Below, piece after piece: positions 19,889-30,041 of a stretch of DNA of 64,000 nucleotides (positions are counted from its first letter, which is position 1; the number at the start of each line of letters is the position of its first letter). The notes below the pieces were generated by a model. It saw nothing but the letters and a program-made list of their open reading frames with translations, had not been told where the DNA came from and ran no database searches. The position numbers and the translations under genes were made by a program. This stretch comes from a bacterium (GTDB lineage Bacteria > Elusimicrobiota > Elusimicrobia > Elusimicrobiales > UBA9959), in assembly GCA_021811315.1 (NCBI GenBank), contig JAJZPF010000005.1, positions 5,543 to 69,542 on the forward strand, read 5' to 3'.

Positions 19889-21357
19889 CTATTTTAAGGG
19901 CCTGGTCAGTCTCTGGAAGGCCCGCCGCACCCAGAGTTCGGGCATGGGCCGGAGTATGCCGGTGCGCAGCCTCGCCCAGGCGATCGGCCGGTAGAGGGCT
20001 ATCATGGCCCCCACCAGCCAGTTAACTTTGATGAAAGGGTCCTTCACCCTGTCGAGGAAATTCCCCGCCGTGGCGACCCGTTCGAGAAAATCCGCCGTGG
20101 CCGGGTCCGACTCCTGCAGGCGCGAATAATCCCAATGGTAGTTTCCCCAATCCTCCAGCCTGGCCGGAAAGCTGGTTCCGCGCTTTTCAAGTTCCGCGTA
20201 CAGCTCCGTCCCCGGGTACGGGGTAAAATTAAAAAAACGCTCCATGTGGAAATTGGGCCCCATGCTCATAACTTCCATGGCGAAGGCTATGGTCTTTTCC
20301 ATCTCCGCCCGTGTTTCCGAAGGGAAACCCAGGATGAAGAAACAGGTGAGGTCTATGCCCCGGCCTTTGAAGCGCGCCAGCTGCGCGCGGACCAGGTCCA
20401 GGCTGCCGCCTTTTTTAAGTATATCCCTGCGCACGCGCTCCGAGGCGGATTCTATGCCCATGGCGAGCCCTTCCACGCCCGCCGCCTCCAGGAAGTCCAG
20501 GTCGGCGTCGGACATCCGCGCCAGGGTTTCCACGTCCGCGCCGTGCAGCAGGCATTTCAGCCCCAGCTCCTTTATCCCGGCGATAACCTTCATGGCGCGC
20601 TCATGGTCTATAAAAAAATTATCGTCCCAGATAAAGACCGCCTCCAGGCTGTAGCGCTCTTTCAGCTCCGCGAGTTCCTCCAGTATCCGGTCCGCTTTCC
20701 TGGCGCGCCAGCGCCCGGAGTTGAAAACCCGGTTGTAGCAGTAGGTACAGCGGTGGGGGCAGCCGCGGCTGGACTGGTAGAAAAGTGTCCGCTTGCCGTC
20801 CTTGTAGAACTGGATGTACTTCTCCATGTCCACCAAGTGGTAAGGGACGGGGGGAGTTCTCCCATATCCAGCAGGGGGCCGCGGGGCGTGCCCTCGGGCT
20901 TCCCGTCTTTCTTGCGCCAGACCCCGGGGATGCCGCCGGCGTCCTCCCCCGCGGCCAGCCGGCGCACCAGCTCGGAAAAAGCGGCCTCTCCCTCGCCCTC
21001 TACGACATAGTCCACCAGTTCGTGAGAGACGGTCTGCTCCGGAAGCAGGGAGGCGTGTATGCCTCCCCAGACCAGCGGCGCGCGGCTCAAGGTTCTCGCC
21101 TCGCGCGCGGCCTTGAGCGCGTGCAGGATCATCGCCCCGGTCATCGCGGTGATCCCCACGGCCACCGTACCCGCGTCCAGGGCCGCGGCCAGGGCTCCTC
21201 TCCAGTCCTTCTGTATGCGCTGGTCCACGATACGTATTTCAATACCGCCGTCAACCAGGGAGGCGGCGCAGAGCGGCCCTACGGGCGGAGTGGGCCGGCC
21301 CCGGAACATATCCATGTCCCCGATGGCGGGCTGTATCAGGACTATATTTTTTTTCAT
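19889..21357 (-). pseudogene. Cobalamin-binding radical SAM gene interrupted by a one-base frameshift in a C6 run (or sequencing error)
   Basis: N-half ORF 20662-21357 and C-half ORF 19889-20836 (SRGCPHRCTYC) together match intact paralog 30767-32236; one extra C at 20849-20854 restores LPPVPYHLVDMEKY. Confidence 0.82.
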
Positions 21358-21503
21358 TGGCGGCCGTACCGAAATAAAATTATATCAAACTGCCGGAACC
21401 CGCGGCGGCCGGCCGCAATAAAGCGGCGCGCTAATATTATAAAATAGACATTGAGGCCGTCATTCCAGGTTAGGGGCCGGCGCTGAACATCCCGGTACGA
21501 ACA

Positions 21504-23219
21504 ATGAAATACCCGGTTTTCCTGAAAGAATTCGCCTTGTACGTTTCAAGGAACAATACAGGCGCCTCTATCATACGCGCGCTGTACCCGCACGCCATAA
21601 ATATCCCCCGGACCAGGTCCCCTCTTTTCGGCTCCATCATCATGCTGTCGCTGACGGGCCGCTGCCAGTGCAGCTGCGCCCACTGCGGCGCCACCGCCTA
21701 TAAAGACCCGGGCCGGCCGGAACTTTCCCGCGAAGAGATCCTGTCCATAATTTCCAAGCTGGGCAAGCTGGGGTCGGAAGAGGTCTATTTCCTGGGCGGA
21801 GAGCCGCTGATGGTTCCGGAGGTTCTCGAATATATTTCGGCGGCCTCCGGCCTGGGCATGCGCACCAGCCTCGACACCAACGGCATACTGCTCGACAGCG
21901 CGATGGTCTCGGCCCTCAAGAAAGCGGGCCTGGGCAAGCTCCGGGTCAGCCTGGACAGCCCGTTCGAAGAAGAGCACGACGGACAGCGCGGCCACAAGGG
22001 CCTGTATAAAAAAGTCCTGGCCGGGATAAAGAACTGCCTGGAGGAAGGCCTCGACTGCCATATCTCCGCCTGCGCTACCCCCTCCAACCTCAAAGACGGC
22101 CGCCTGCGCGGCATGCTCGAGATCGCCGAAAAACTCGGGGCAAAAACCCGCCTCCTCTCCCTTATAAGCTGCGGCAAGCTGAGCGGCTCCGACGGGGAGA
22201 AGCTTTCCGGTGAAAACGTGAAGCTCATCAGGGAACTGCTGCGGCCCGGGCGGGTCTACTGGGAGCTGGAGCCCGTCGACAGCCCCGGCGCCGCCTTCCT
22301 GTGCGGGTACTCCATGAAGAAAACCTGCTATATCTCCCATTTCGGGGTAGTACAGCCCTGCATCTATATGCCGGTCTCGTTCGGTAACCTGCGCGAAGAA
22401 CCCCTTGAGGCGATAGCCGGCCGGATGTGGGATTCCCAGAACTCTTTCGGTCACTCCCCTAACGGCTGCCCCACCAATTCCAGGCCTTTCGCCGCCGCCT
22501 TCAGCCGCGGCCTTTCGGACCGGGGGGGCAAAGCCGTGCCTTATGAGCAACGCGCCTCGGAGAACAGCCTGGCCGAATGGGACGAATGGTCCTCTTCCTA
22601 CCGCGACAGCGCCGACCTGCTTGAAAGCTTCAACGACGCCGGCCTGGCGGCCTCCGCGGACTTTAGCGGGAAGCGGGTTCTCGATATCGGGGGTGGGACG
22701 GGCAGGTTCGCGGGCGCCATCGCCGCAAAAGCGGCGCACGTGACCGTGGCGGATTTTTCAGAAGGCATGCTTAAAGAAGCCCGCGGGAACCTTAAAAATT
22801 TCTCTAATGTCTCCTTCCTCCTGGCCGACATAGAAAAAGAAAAACCGGCGGCGGGGCCCTACGACCTCATCACGGCCGTTTCAGTGATGCATCATATTTC
22901 CAAGGTGGATTTCGCCGTAGAGAACCTAAAGGCCCTGCTGGCGCCCGGCGGCAAAATAATAATAGTGGACCAGGTCCTGCACAAGAACGCCGCGGGCGTA
23001 CTGGAGTTCATGGCCAGGCTGCTGTTCGCCCTTGGCCCGGCCCGCTGCGCTGGACTGCTCGTCGGCGGGCTAAAAGGGGCCGCGCTGCTCAGGCGGCATC
23101 TGGACAGGGAGGAGAAATTCTCCCTGCAGGATTTTAAGCGCAGGTACGCGAAGCTGCTTCCCGGCGCCGGGATCCGCCTCCGTTACGGGATCTTCGCCTA
23201 CCTGGAGTGGACCAAATGA
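21504..23219 (+). CDS. Radical SAM/twitch domain fused to class I SAM methyltransferase
   Basis: CQCSCAHC, GGEP, YISHFGVVQPC; C-terminal VLDIGGGTG, DFSEGML, VMHH, LAPGG. Confidence 0.88.
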   Translation: MKYPVFLKEFALYVSRNNTGASIIRALYPHAINIPRTRSPLFGSIIMLSLTGRCQCSCAHCGATAYKDPGRPELSREEILSIISKLGKLGSEEVYFLGGEPLMVPEVLEYISAASGLGMRTSLDTNGILLDSAMVSALKKAGLGKLRVSLDSPFEEEHDGQRGHKGLYKKVLAGIKNCLEEGLDCHISACATPSNLKDGRLRGMLEIAEKLGAKTRLLSLISCGKLSGSDGEKLSGENVKLIRELLRPGRVYWELEPVDSPGAAFLCGYSMKKTCYISHFGVVQPCIYMPVSFGNLREEPLEAIAGRMWDSQNSFGHSPNGCPTNSRPFAAAFSRGLSDRGGKAVPYEQRASENSLAEWDEWSSSYRDSADLLESFNDAGLAASADFSGKRVLDIGGGTGRFAGAIAAKAAHVTVADFSEGMLKEARGNLKNFSNVSFLLADIEKEKPAAGPYDLITAVSVMHHISKVDFAVENLKALLAPGGKIIIVDQVLHKNAAGVLEFMARLLFALGPARCAGLLVGGLKGAALLRRHLDREEKFSLQDFKRRYAKLLPGAGIRLRYGIFAYLEWTK

Positions 23220-23722
23220 TAAACCGTAAAAATATTTTTCTGCTGCTCGGCATCCTGCCGCTGCTGGTCTTCCTGCGCGTGGCCGGCTGGTACGGGTTCA
23301 CGTACCGGGCCTGGGAGCTCGCTTTTTTAACGGGGGCCGCGCTCACTTCGGCCGTGCTGGCCCTTTCGGCCTGGAGGAAAGTCCCCGTGAGGGATATTAC
23401 CCTGGCCTCCTCCCTTATGCTCCTCTCCGGCGGCCTGGGTTTTCTGACCGGGACGTCTTCCCTGACCGGCTTCTATTGTCGGTGGCAGGGCTCCGTCTTT
23501 ATAGCCTGGTACCTGGCGGTAAGGGCCGGCCTCGCCCTGGCCCCGAAGCTGTCGGCCGGCCTGGTCTACGACCCCTACGCGGCCCTCCCGAAGTTGGCCT
23601 TTGGCCTTTCGCTGCTAGCGCTCGCATGGTCGCTTTTCCACAAAGACCTGCTCGTGTCGGTGGTCCTGCCCTTCGCCCTGCTGACGGCCGGCCTTTCCCT
23701 GGCCTGCAGGCAGAAAGCCTGA
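23216..23722 (+). CDS. Small multi-TM membrane protein
   Basis: Several hydrophobic helices; ATGA overlap with the upstream stop. Confidence 0.7.
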   Translation: MINRKNIFLLLGILPLLVFLRVAGWYGFTYRAWELAFLTGAALTSAVLALSAWRKVPVRDITLASSLMLLSGGLGFLTGTSSLTGFYCRWQGSVFIAWYLAVRAGLALAPKLSAGLVYDPYAALPKLAFGLSLLALAWSLFHKDLLVSVVLPFALLTAGLSLACRQKA

Positions 23723-23816
23723 CCCGTCTTTTTTGTATCATAGGTGACAGCGTGGGAACATAATGCGGCCTCCGCCGCGGCCCAACCCCGGGCGCGCTTC
23801 ATAGTATAAGCAGCTT

Positions 23817-25373
23817 ATGGAAGACCTTGTAAAAAAATACGACGCCGTTATTATCGGAGCCGGGCCCGGCGGCCTGTCAGCCGGTCTTTCCCTCGCGTCC
23901 GGCGGCTGGAAAGTCCTTATAGCCGAAAAGAACGCGGCGCCGGGCGGGAACTGCACCGCTAAAACCGTAGGCGGCTATACCTTCGACCTTGCGGTACACC
24001 AGCTTTCCGGCATAGGCGGCGGCGGGATCTGCGCCCGCATAATGAAAGAATACGGGATAGCCGGCAAGCTGGATTTCAGGCAGGTGGATCCTTTTTTGGT
24101 GCTGGACATGCCTGACCGCTCCTATGTCCTGCCCGGGAACCGGGAAGGCCTGCGTGAAGAACTGTTAAAGGATTTCCCCGGGGATAAAAAAGATATAGAC
24201 CGGATGCTGGCCGGCCTCGATACCCTGAAAAAAGACGCGCTGATCTCGCAGCGCCTGCTTTACGGCAAAAACGCCGCGGTGCAGGATATGCTGTCCGGCA
24301 CCGTCGGCCCCCTTAAAATAGCCACTTTCCCTTTTACCTTTTTCCGGGGCATGATCTTGAAAATGCGCCTTGACGCCGACTCGATGCTGAGCCGCTGGGT
24401 GGGCAACAAAAAACTGCGGGCTATTATCCATAGCTCCTGGATATACCTGGGCCTCCCCCCCCGCCGTCTTTCCGGGGTTATGATGAACGTTTTCGTGGCT
24501 ATGCAGCATATGGAGCACTCTTATTACCCCGCGGGCAGCTCCCGGAAACTGGCGGAAACCATGGCCGAAGCTTTCAGGGAGCATGGGGGTGAATTGCGCC
24601 TGTCCTCCCCGGTTAAAAAGATACTGACGGAAGGCGGACGCGCCTCCGGCGTGGAGCTTGAGGACGGCAGCACCGCCCTGGCGGGGACGGTTATCTCGAA
24701 CGCCGACGCGCTCCATACTTATAAAAAACTCCTGGGCCGGGACCGCGCGCCCGCGGGGCTGGTGGAAAAACTGGAAAAGCTGAAACTTTCAGTGGGCCCC
24801 TTCAGGGTCTGCCTCGGGCTGGATTACGACGCGGCCGCGCACGGCCTTGAACAGCACGAGTACATCCTCCTCCCGGGCTACGACCATGAAGAGACCTACG
24901 CCGCGCAGGAGCGCGGGGAACTTGCGGTGCTGAGCGTTTATTCGCCTTCCAGGATCTGCCCCGAACTGGCGCCGCCGGGGCACAGCACGCTGATCCTAAC
25001 CACCACTATCCCCTGGAGCGCGGCCGGGGCCTGGACCTCCCGCAAAGAGGAAATGGCCGCCCGGATGATAGAGATGGTAGAGAAAAAAAGGCTGCCGGGC
25101 CTTTCAAAGCATATCGTGTTAAAAGAGATACTCACCCCCGGGGACCTGCAGCGCCTGACGAACTCCTCGGAAGGTGCGATGTACGGCTGGGCCAACACCC
25201 CCGGACAGGTGCTTACCTTCAGGTTTTCAATGAAGTCCCCGCTGCGCGGCCTCTATCATGCCGGCCACTGGACCAGGCCCGGAACAGGAGTAACCACCGC
25301 CATACTCTCCGGCTGGCTCCTGGGCAACCGGCTTAAAAGCTGGGTCGGGAAATACCTGGACAGGCTGATCTAG
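23817..25373 (+). CDS. Phytoene desaturase (CrtI)-like FAD oxidoreductase, paralog of 18331-19887
   Basis: Same length (518 aa) and shared blocks GYTFDLAVHQLSGIGGGG, GHWTRPGTGV, SWVGKYLD. Confidence 0.87.
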   Translation: MEDLVKKYDAVIIGAGPGGLSAGLSLASGGWKVLIAEKNAAPGGNCTAKTVGGYTFDLAVHQLSGIGGGGICARIMKEYGIAGKLDFRQVDPFLVLDMPDRSYVLPGNREGLREELLKDFPGDKKDIDRMLAGLDTLKKDALISQRLLYGKNAAVQDMLSGTVGPLKIATFPFTFFRGMILKMRLDADSMLSRWVGNKKLRAIIHSSWIYLGLPPRRLSGVMMNVFVAMQHMEHSYYPAGSSRKLAETMAEAFREHGGELRLSSPVKKILTEGGRASGVELEDGSTALAGTVISNADALHTYKKLLGRDRAPAGLVEKLEKLKLSVGPFRVCLGLDYDAAAHGLEQHEYILLPGYDHEETYAAQERGELAVLSVYSPSRICPELAPPGHSTLILTTTIPWSAAGAWTSRKEEMAARMIEMVEKKRLPGLSKHIVLKEILTPGDLQRLTNSSEGAMYGWANTPGQVLTFRFSMKSPLRGLYHAGHWTRPGTGVTTAILSGWLLGNRLKSWVGKYLDRLI

Positions 25374-25375
25374 CC

Positions 25376-26794
25376 ATGGCGAAAATACTGCTCACCACCC
25401 CGCCCTGGCAGTCCTTCCATACTTTACAGGTGCTGTTCCCCGATATCCCAGCGCTGGGCCTGCAGATCCTGGCCGGGGTTCTGCGCGCCGCCGGCCACGA
25501 AGCCAGGGTGGCCGACGTGCAGCATCTGCGCCCCCTGCATCCGGATTTTATCAGGGCTATAGAAGAATTCAAGCCGGACATAATAGGTTTTTCGAACTCG
25601 GAGCTGCCGAACGCCCCGATGGTGGTGAGGGTGGCCGGCGAAATCAAACGCCGCTACCCCGGCATTAAACTGCTGGCCGGGGGACAGGCCCCCAGCTTCA
25701 AGCCTGAACTCTTCCTGGGGCCTGCCGGGCCTTTCGACGCGGTGGCGCTTTACGAGGCCGAAAGCACAATAGTTCCCATCGCGGAGGCGCTGGTCTCCGG
25801 CTCCCCGCTGGACTCCCTGCCCGGCTGCGCCTGGCGCGCCCCCGACGGCAGCCTGAAGCGCTCCGGCGTAGAGCGGGTGGTCTGCGACCTTAACGCCCAA
25901 CCCCTGCCCTACTGGGAAGGCTCGCTTAAAAAAGCCGCTTTCTCCAAGGGTTATTTCGCGGCTGTCGAAACCTCGCGCGGCTGCCCTTTCCGCTGCACTT
26001 TCTGCTCCATTCCCGGCTACTACGGCGCGCCGCGCTACAAATCCGCTGAAAGGATAGTTAAGGAACTGCGCGCGCTTAAAGCCCTGGGGGTAACGGAGTT
26101 CTCCATCAACGACGACTCTTTTGCCACCAGGCCCGCCGTAGTCCGCGAGATCCTGGAGACCATGCTCCGGGAAAATATGGGACTGCGCTTCGGCGTGCAG
26201 ATAAGGGCGGATATCATAGCGGCCAACCCGGACCTGCTGGAACTGGCCGCCCGCGCCGGGATGTTCCTGGCCGTGGTAGGTTTCGAAGGCTATACTTCGG
26301 CCGTGCAGGACGAGTCGGATAAAGGGAATTCGGCGCTGATAAACCACGAGGCCTCCAGGATACTGCGCCGCAACAAGATAGCCGTGTACGGGACCCATGT
26401 TTTCGGCGGGCCGCAAAGCGGGCTGCGCGACAGCCTTTCCACTTTTTTCTACGGCAGGCTGAATTCGGATATTTTCCGCATGACCATCTACACGCCGGTG
26501 CCCGGTTCGAGGCTCTACGACGACCTGTCGGACTCCTCCCAGCTGTCTTCCGAAAACCCAGCGGATTTTTACGAGGGAAAATACCTGATCAAGGACGCGC
26601 ATAACCCGCTGGTGGTGCAGCTCGGCTATTACTTCCTGCTCGCGCTTCATTACGCCCTGCCCGATACGCTTTTAAAACTATTCAGCAGCGACGAGGTCAT
26701 CAGGACCTTCACGCGCCGCGCCTACCGCGGGGCCGTCTATTTCGTGCTCGGGCAGGCCCTGTCTTTTGTCCGGAGAGGACCGCAAAAGATATGA
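25376..26794 (+). CDS. Cobalamin-binding radical SAM protein
   Basis: PALGLQILA, SRGCPFRCTFC, NDDSF, GFEG. Confidence 0.9.
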   Translation: MAKILLTTPPWQSFHTLQVLFPDIPALGLQILAGVLRAAGHEARVADVQHLRPLHPDFIRAIEEFKPDIIGFSNSELPNAPMVVRVAGEIKRRYPGIKLLAGGQAPSFKPELFLGPAGPFDAVALYEAESTIVPIAEALVSGSPLDSLPGCAWRAPDGSLKRSGVERVVCDLNAQPLPYWEGSLKKAAFSKGYFAAVETSRGCPFRCTFCSIPGYYGAPRYKSAERIVKELRALKALGVTEFSINDDSFATRPAVVREILETMLRENMGLRFGVQIRADIIAANPDLLELAARAGMFLAVVGFEGYTSAVQDESDKGNSALINHEASRILRRNKIAVYGTHVFGGPQSGLRDSLSTFFYGRLNSDIFRMTIYTPVPGSRLYDDLSDSSQLSSENPADFYEGKYLIKDAHNPLVVQLGYYFLLALHYALPDTLLKLFSSDEVIRTFTRRAYRGAVYFVLGQALSFVRRGPQKI

Positions 26795-28233
26795 AGCGTC
26801 CTTATGTTCTGCTCATAAAAAGCCGCAGCATAGTCTCCAAGATAAAAAAAGGGACCATGCCGCCGGTAGGCCTGCTTTATATAGCCGCCTGCCTGCGCAA
26901 ACAACTGGGGGCCGAGGTCCGCCTGCTCGACGCTATGTTCGAGCCGGAGATACTCAAGCTGGTGAATTCGGAGATCCGCAAACGGCGCCCCGACGTGGTG
27001 GGGATCAGCGCGCTGACCGCCGAAGCCTTCCTCGCCCATAAACTGGCGGCCGCCGTAAAAAGCGCCGACAGCGCTATCCCGGTCATACTGGGAGGGCCGC
27101 ACCCGTCATCGGACCCCGAAGCCGCGCTGAACGACCCGGCGGTCGACGCGGTCGTTATCGGCGAGGGAGAGGTTACTTTTACCGAGCTGGTCAGCGCGAT
27201 CTCGGAAGAGGGGCCGCGCTGGAGCGAGCCCGGAACGCTGCGGGAAATTGCGGGCCTGGCGGTACGGGGAGAAAGCGGCGTGGAGCACACCGCGCCGCGC
27301 GCGCCCATCGCCGACCTGGACTCGCTGCCTTTCCCGGCCTGGGACCTGATAGACTATAAAAAGTTCTGGCGGACCGGCGGCATGGCCACCGTCGGAATAA
27401 GACCCTACCTCCCCATCTTCACCTCGCGGGGCTGCCCGTACCACTGCGTGTTCTGCCACCAGATCTTCGGCAAGAAATTCCGCGCCCGCTCGCCCGAGAG
27501 CGTAGTTGAGGAAATAGCGTTGATCCACAGCCTGGGCACCAGGAATATAGAGGTGCTGGACGACATCGCCAATTTCGACCAGGACCGGTTTGACCGCATC
27601 CTGGAGCTGATGCTGGAGCGTAACCTGCAGTCCGTCCTGAATTTCCCGAACGCCATCCGCGCCGATATCATGCGTCCCGGGTCCCTGGACCTGCTCAAGC
27701 GCGTCGGGGTCTGCGAAGTGTCGGTGGCGGTGGAGACCGCCTCCCCGCGGCTGCAGAAACTGATAAACAAGAACCTCTCGCTTGAGAAAGCGAGCGAGAC
27801 TATCAACATGCTGGCCGAACGCCGGATCTTTACCCGCGGCTTCTTCATCCTGGGCCTGCCTACGGAAACGGAAGAGGAAATGCGCGCCACTATCCGCTAC
27901 GCCTGCGAGTCGCGCCTGCATCTGGCCCTGTTCTTCACGCCCAACCCGTATCCCAATACGGAGATGCACGCTATGTTCAAAAAGGCCGGCAAGCTGCGCC
28001 CGGATATAAACTCTATAGATTTCGAATATACAGGCTCTCCTTTCAACGCCAGCGAGATGCCGGACAAGGAGTACCGCCGCACCTACAGGAACGCCTTCCT
28101 GAAATTCTACCTTGACCCCGGCCGCGCTTACCGCATAGTCAGGGACGGCCCCTTTGGCTGGGATATCCCCGCGCGGGCCTATGGCCTGTTCAAGAACTTT
28201 ATAAATTTTTCCCGTCTGAAAGAGGACAGGTAG
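26791..28233 (+). CDS. Cobalamin-binding radical SAM protein, paralog of 16892-18334
   Basis: PPVGLLYIAA, GGPHPS, SRGCPYHCVFC; long identical blocks with the paralog. Confidence 0.92.
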   Translation: MKRPYVLLIKSRSIVSKIKKGTMPPVGLLYIAACLRKQLGAEVRLLDAMFEPEILKLVNSEIRKRRPDVVGISALTAEAFLAHKLAAAVKSADSAIPVILGGPHPSSDPEAALNDPAVDAVVIGEGEVTFTELVSAISEEGPRWSEPGTLREIAGLAVRGESGVEHTAPRAPIADLDSLPFPAWDLIDYKKFWRTGGMATVGIRPYLPIFTSRGCPYHCVFCHQIFGKKFRARSPESVVEEIALIHSLGTRNIEVLDDIANFDQDRFDRILELMLERNLQSVLNFPNAIRADIMRPGSLDLLKRVGVCEVSVAVETASPRLQKLINKNLSLEKASETINMLAERRIFTRGFFILGLPTETEEEMRATIRYACESRLHLALFFTPNPYPNTEMHAMFKKAGKLRPDINSIDFEYTGSPFNASEMPDKEYRRTYRNAFLKFYLDPGRAYRIVRDGPFGWDIPARAYGLFKNFINFSRLKEDR

Positions 28234-28275
28234 GGATCAGGAACGCCCGGCGCCGGCCGGCCGCGCGCCTCTTGC

Positions 28276-29781
28276 CTACGCTGTTTTCCGTTTGTACAGA
28301 TAAAAAACCCTGCCGCTGGCCGTGATCCTGTCGACTTTAACTCCGCCCTTGTCGAAGCCGGCCAGGATCTCTTTTTCTTTGTTTACATCTACATTGAAAA
28401 ATCCGATCCAGATCTGGTTGTCCCGCGCCGGGTTATTCCACGCCTGGTCATTGACCGCGTTGTATTTCCCTTCCTGGTTGAAATATCCGACGGTATCCGG
28501 AGCATACACGAACAGGACCAGCCCCGTTTTTCCTATTGAGCAGAAATTTCCCGCGCTAGCCGGGTTCGCGGGATAATATGTGTAAAGGATGTCCCCCGCG
28601 CGCCACTTAGCCGACACATATCTTTCGATCGGATCGAATTGCGCCGCCGGGTCCAGCAGAAGGTCCTTTGCTTCGCGGGAAGTGCCGAAGATCAACAGGG
28701 CGGCTAAAATGATCCCCGGGTAGAACGCGATCCGGTTTTTTATTACGCGCCCGACGCCTTCGGCTATGAATATGATAATGATAGGGACCAAAAACAGGAT
28801 CAACCGTTCATAGAACGGGTATTTCCCCAATACTGAAGCGGTTACCGTAAACAAGACCGGCGATATCAAATAAAAAAAATCCCTCCTTCTTTTTACGAAC
28901 ATATAAATACCCCCCGCGGCACACATCGATATTGCGATAGCATATGGCAGCACCCGCGCCGTCTTGAAACCGTTCCACAAGGCGTTCGCGTACAATTCCA
29001 GGTCAGCCAGGCCATTTATTTTGAACGAAAGGAAGTGGTCCTGCCAATAACAGAGCCCCCCTTTACTGCCTGCCAGCGCATTGAGCCCGGCATGATAAAC
29101 AAAGACCAGGTTTATCGCCAGGACGGAGCTGAGGAGCAGCAGGTTCCCGAGTTTTCCTTCTTCTTTCTTCCTTATGGTGTCCAGGATCAGGACCAGGCCA
29201 AGTCCGGGCAGGACCAGGATCGCGGCATGCGATATCCACATTGCCGCTGAACCGGCGGCTCCCCACAAGATCGCCCGTAAACGGTTCAGGGGCTTTTCCT
29301 GAAGGTCTTTAATTCCAAGCAGCAGGATCAATACGATCAGCACATCGCAGGAATAAGACTTGATGATCGATGAATAACGGATCAATTGTTGTGAAACGGC
29401 AAAGAACAGCAGCGCGACCGGGACGGCTGCCGGCTCGCAGTAAAGTACCGCGACTTTATAAAACAGCAGAACTGAAAAGATGCCGCATAAAAACGGGAAA
29501 AGCCGGAGCATGTACTTGCCGGGGCCGAACAATTTAACGATAATGTTTTCAATTATCAAAAAGCCTGTCGGCTGCGCCTGATTATAGGCCTGATCGCGTC
29601 CGGACGGCTCAAAAACCTCCGTGATCCTGAAATTTTCGATATTATAGGAACTAAAATACTCGTCTATGTCGACCAGGTTGGTCCGGTAAAGCTCCACCCG
29701 CATAAATATACCGGCGGCGATGATCAGCCAGATCAGCTTCCGGGAACTCCAGCCGGGGAGAGCTTTGAAATATTTCTTCAT
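28276..29781 (-). CDS. GT-C fold (ArnT/PMT-like) membrane glycosyltransferase
   Basis: First TM followed by DIDE loop, QPTGF, LRLFP, IKSY, many TM helices; visibly AT-richer DNA. Confidence 0.75.
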   Translation of the reverse strand: MKKYFKALPGWSSRKLIWLIIAAGIFMRVELYRTNLVDIDEYFSSYNIENFRITEVFEPSGRDQAYNQAQPTGFLIIENIIVKLFGPGKYMLRLFPFLCGIFSVLLFYKVAVLYCEPAAVPVALLFFAVSQQLIRYSSIIKSYSCDVLIVLILLLGIKDLQEKPLNRLRAILWGAAGSAAMWISHAAILVLPGLGLVLILDTIRKKEEGKLGNLLLLSSVLAINLVFVYHAGLNALAGSKGGLCYWQDHFLSFKINGLADLELYANALWNGFKTARVLPYAIAISMCAAGGIYMFVKRRRDFFYLISPVLFTVTASVLGKYPFYERLILFLVPIIIIFIAEGVGRVIKNRIAFYPGIILAALLIFGTSREAKDLLLDPAAQFDPIERYVSAKWRAGDILYTYYPANPASAGNFCSIGKTGLVLFVYAPDTVGYFNQEGKYNAVNDQAWNNPARDNQIWIGFFNVDVNKEKEILAGFDKGGVKVDRITASGRVFYLYKRKTA

Positions 29782-30041
29782 GAAGATGTTTTCTATCCGG
29801 ACTTCATTCGCTGCCGTCGCCTGCCGTTATCGCTTTCGGCGGTCCACGCGCGTCACGGACCCTTTCCGGGTATTCTACGACTTTTTCCGCCAGGCGGAAC
29901 CGGCGAACGAGCGTGCCCGGAACGCATATAGTATAATTGAGCGGGCGCAGCAACCGCGGCCGCCGCGGAATAAAAAACTCCGCCTCCGGGTCCCGCCGGG
30001 AGCGGGGCATCCCTTAAAACAGAAAATAATCCTTCCTGAAA

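Noticed and set aside
18331-25373. Carotenoid biosynthesis
   Set aside because: No crtB/crtE/cyclase present; CrtI-like fold alone is insufficient
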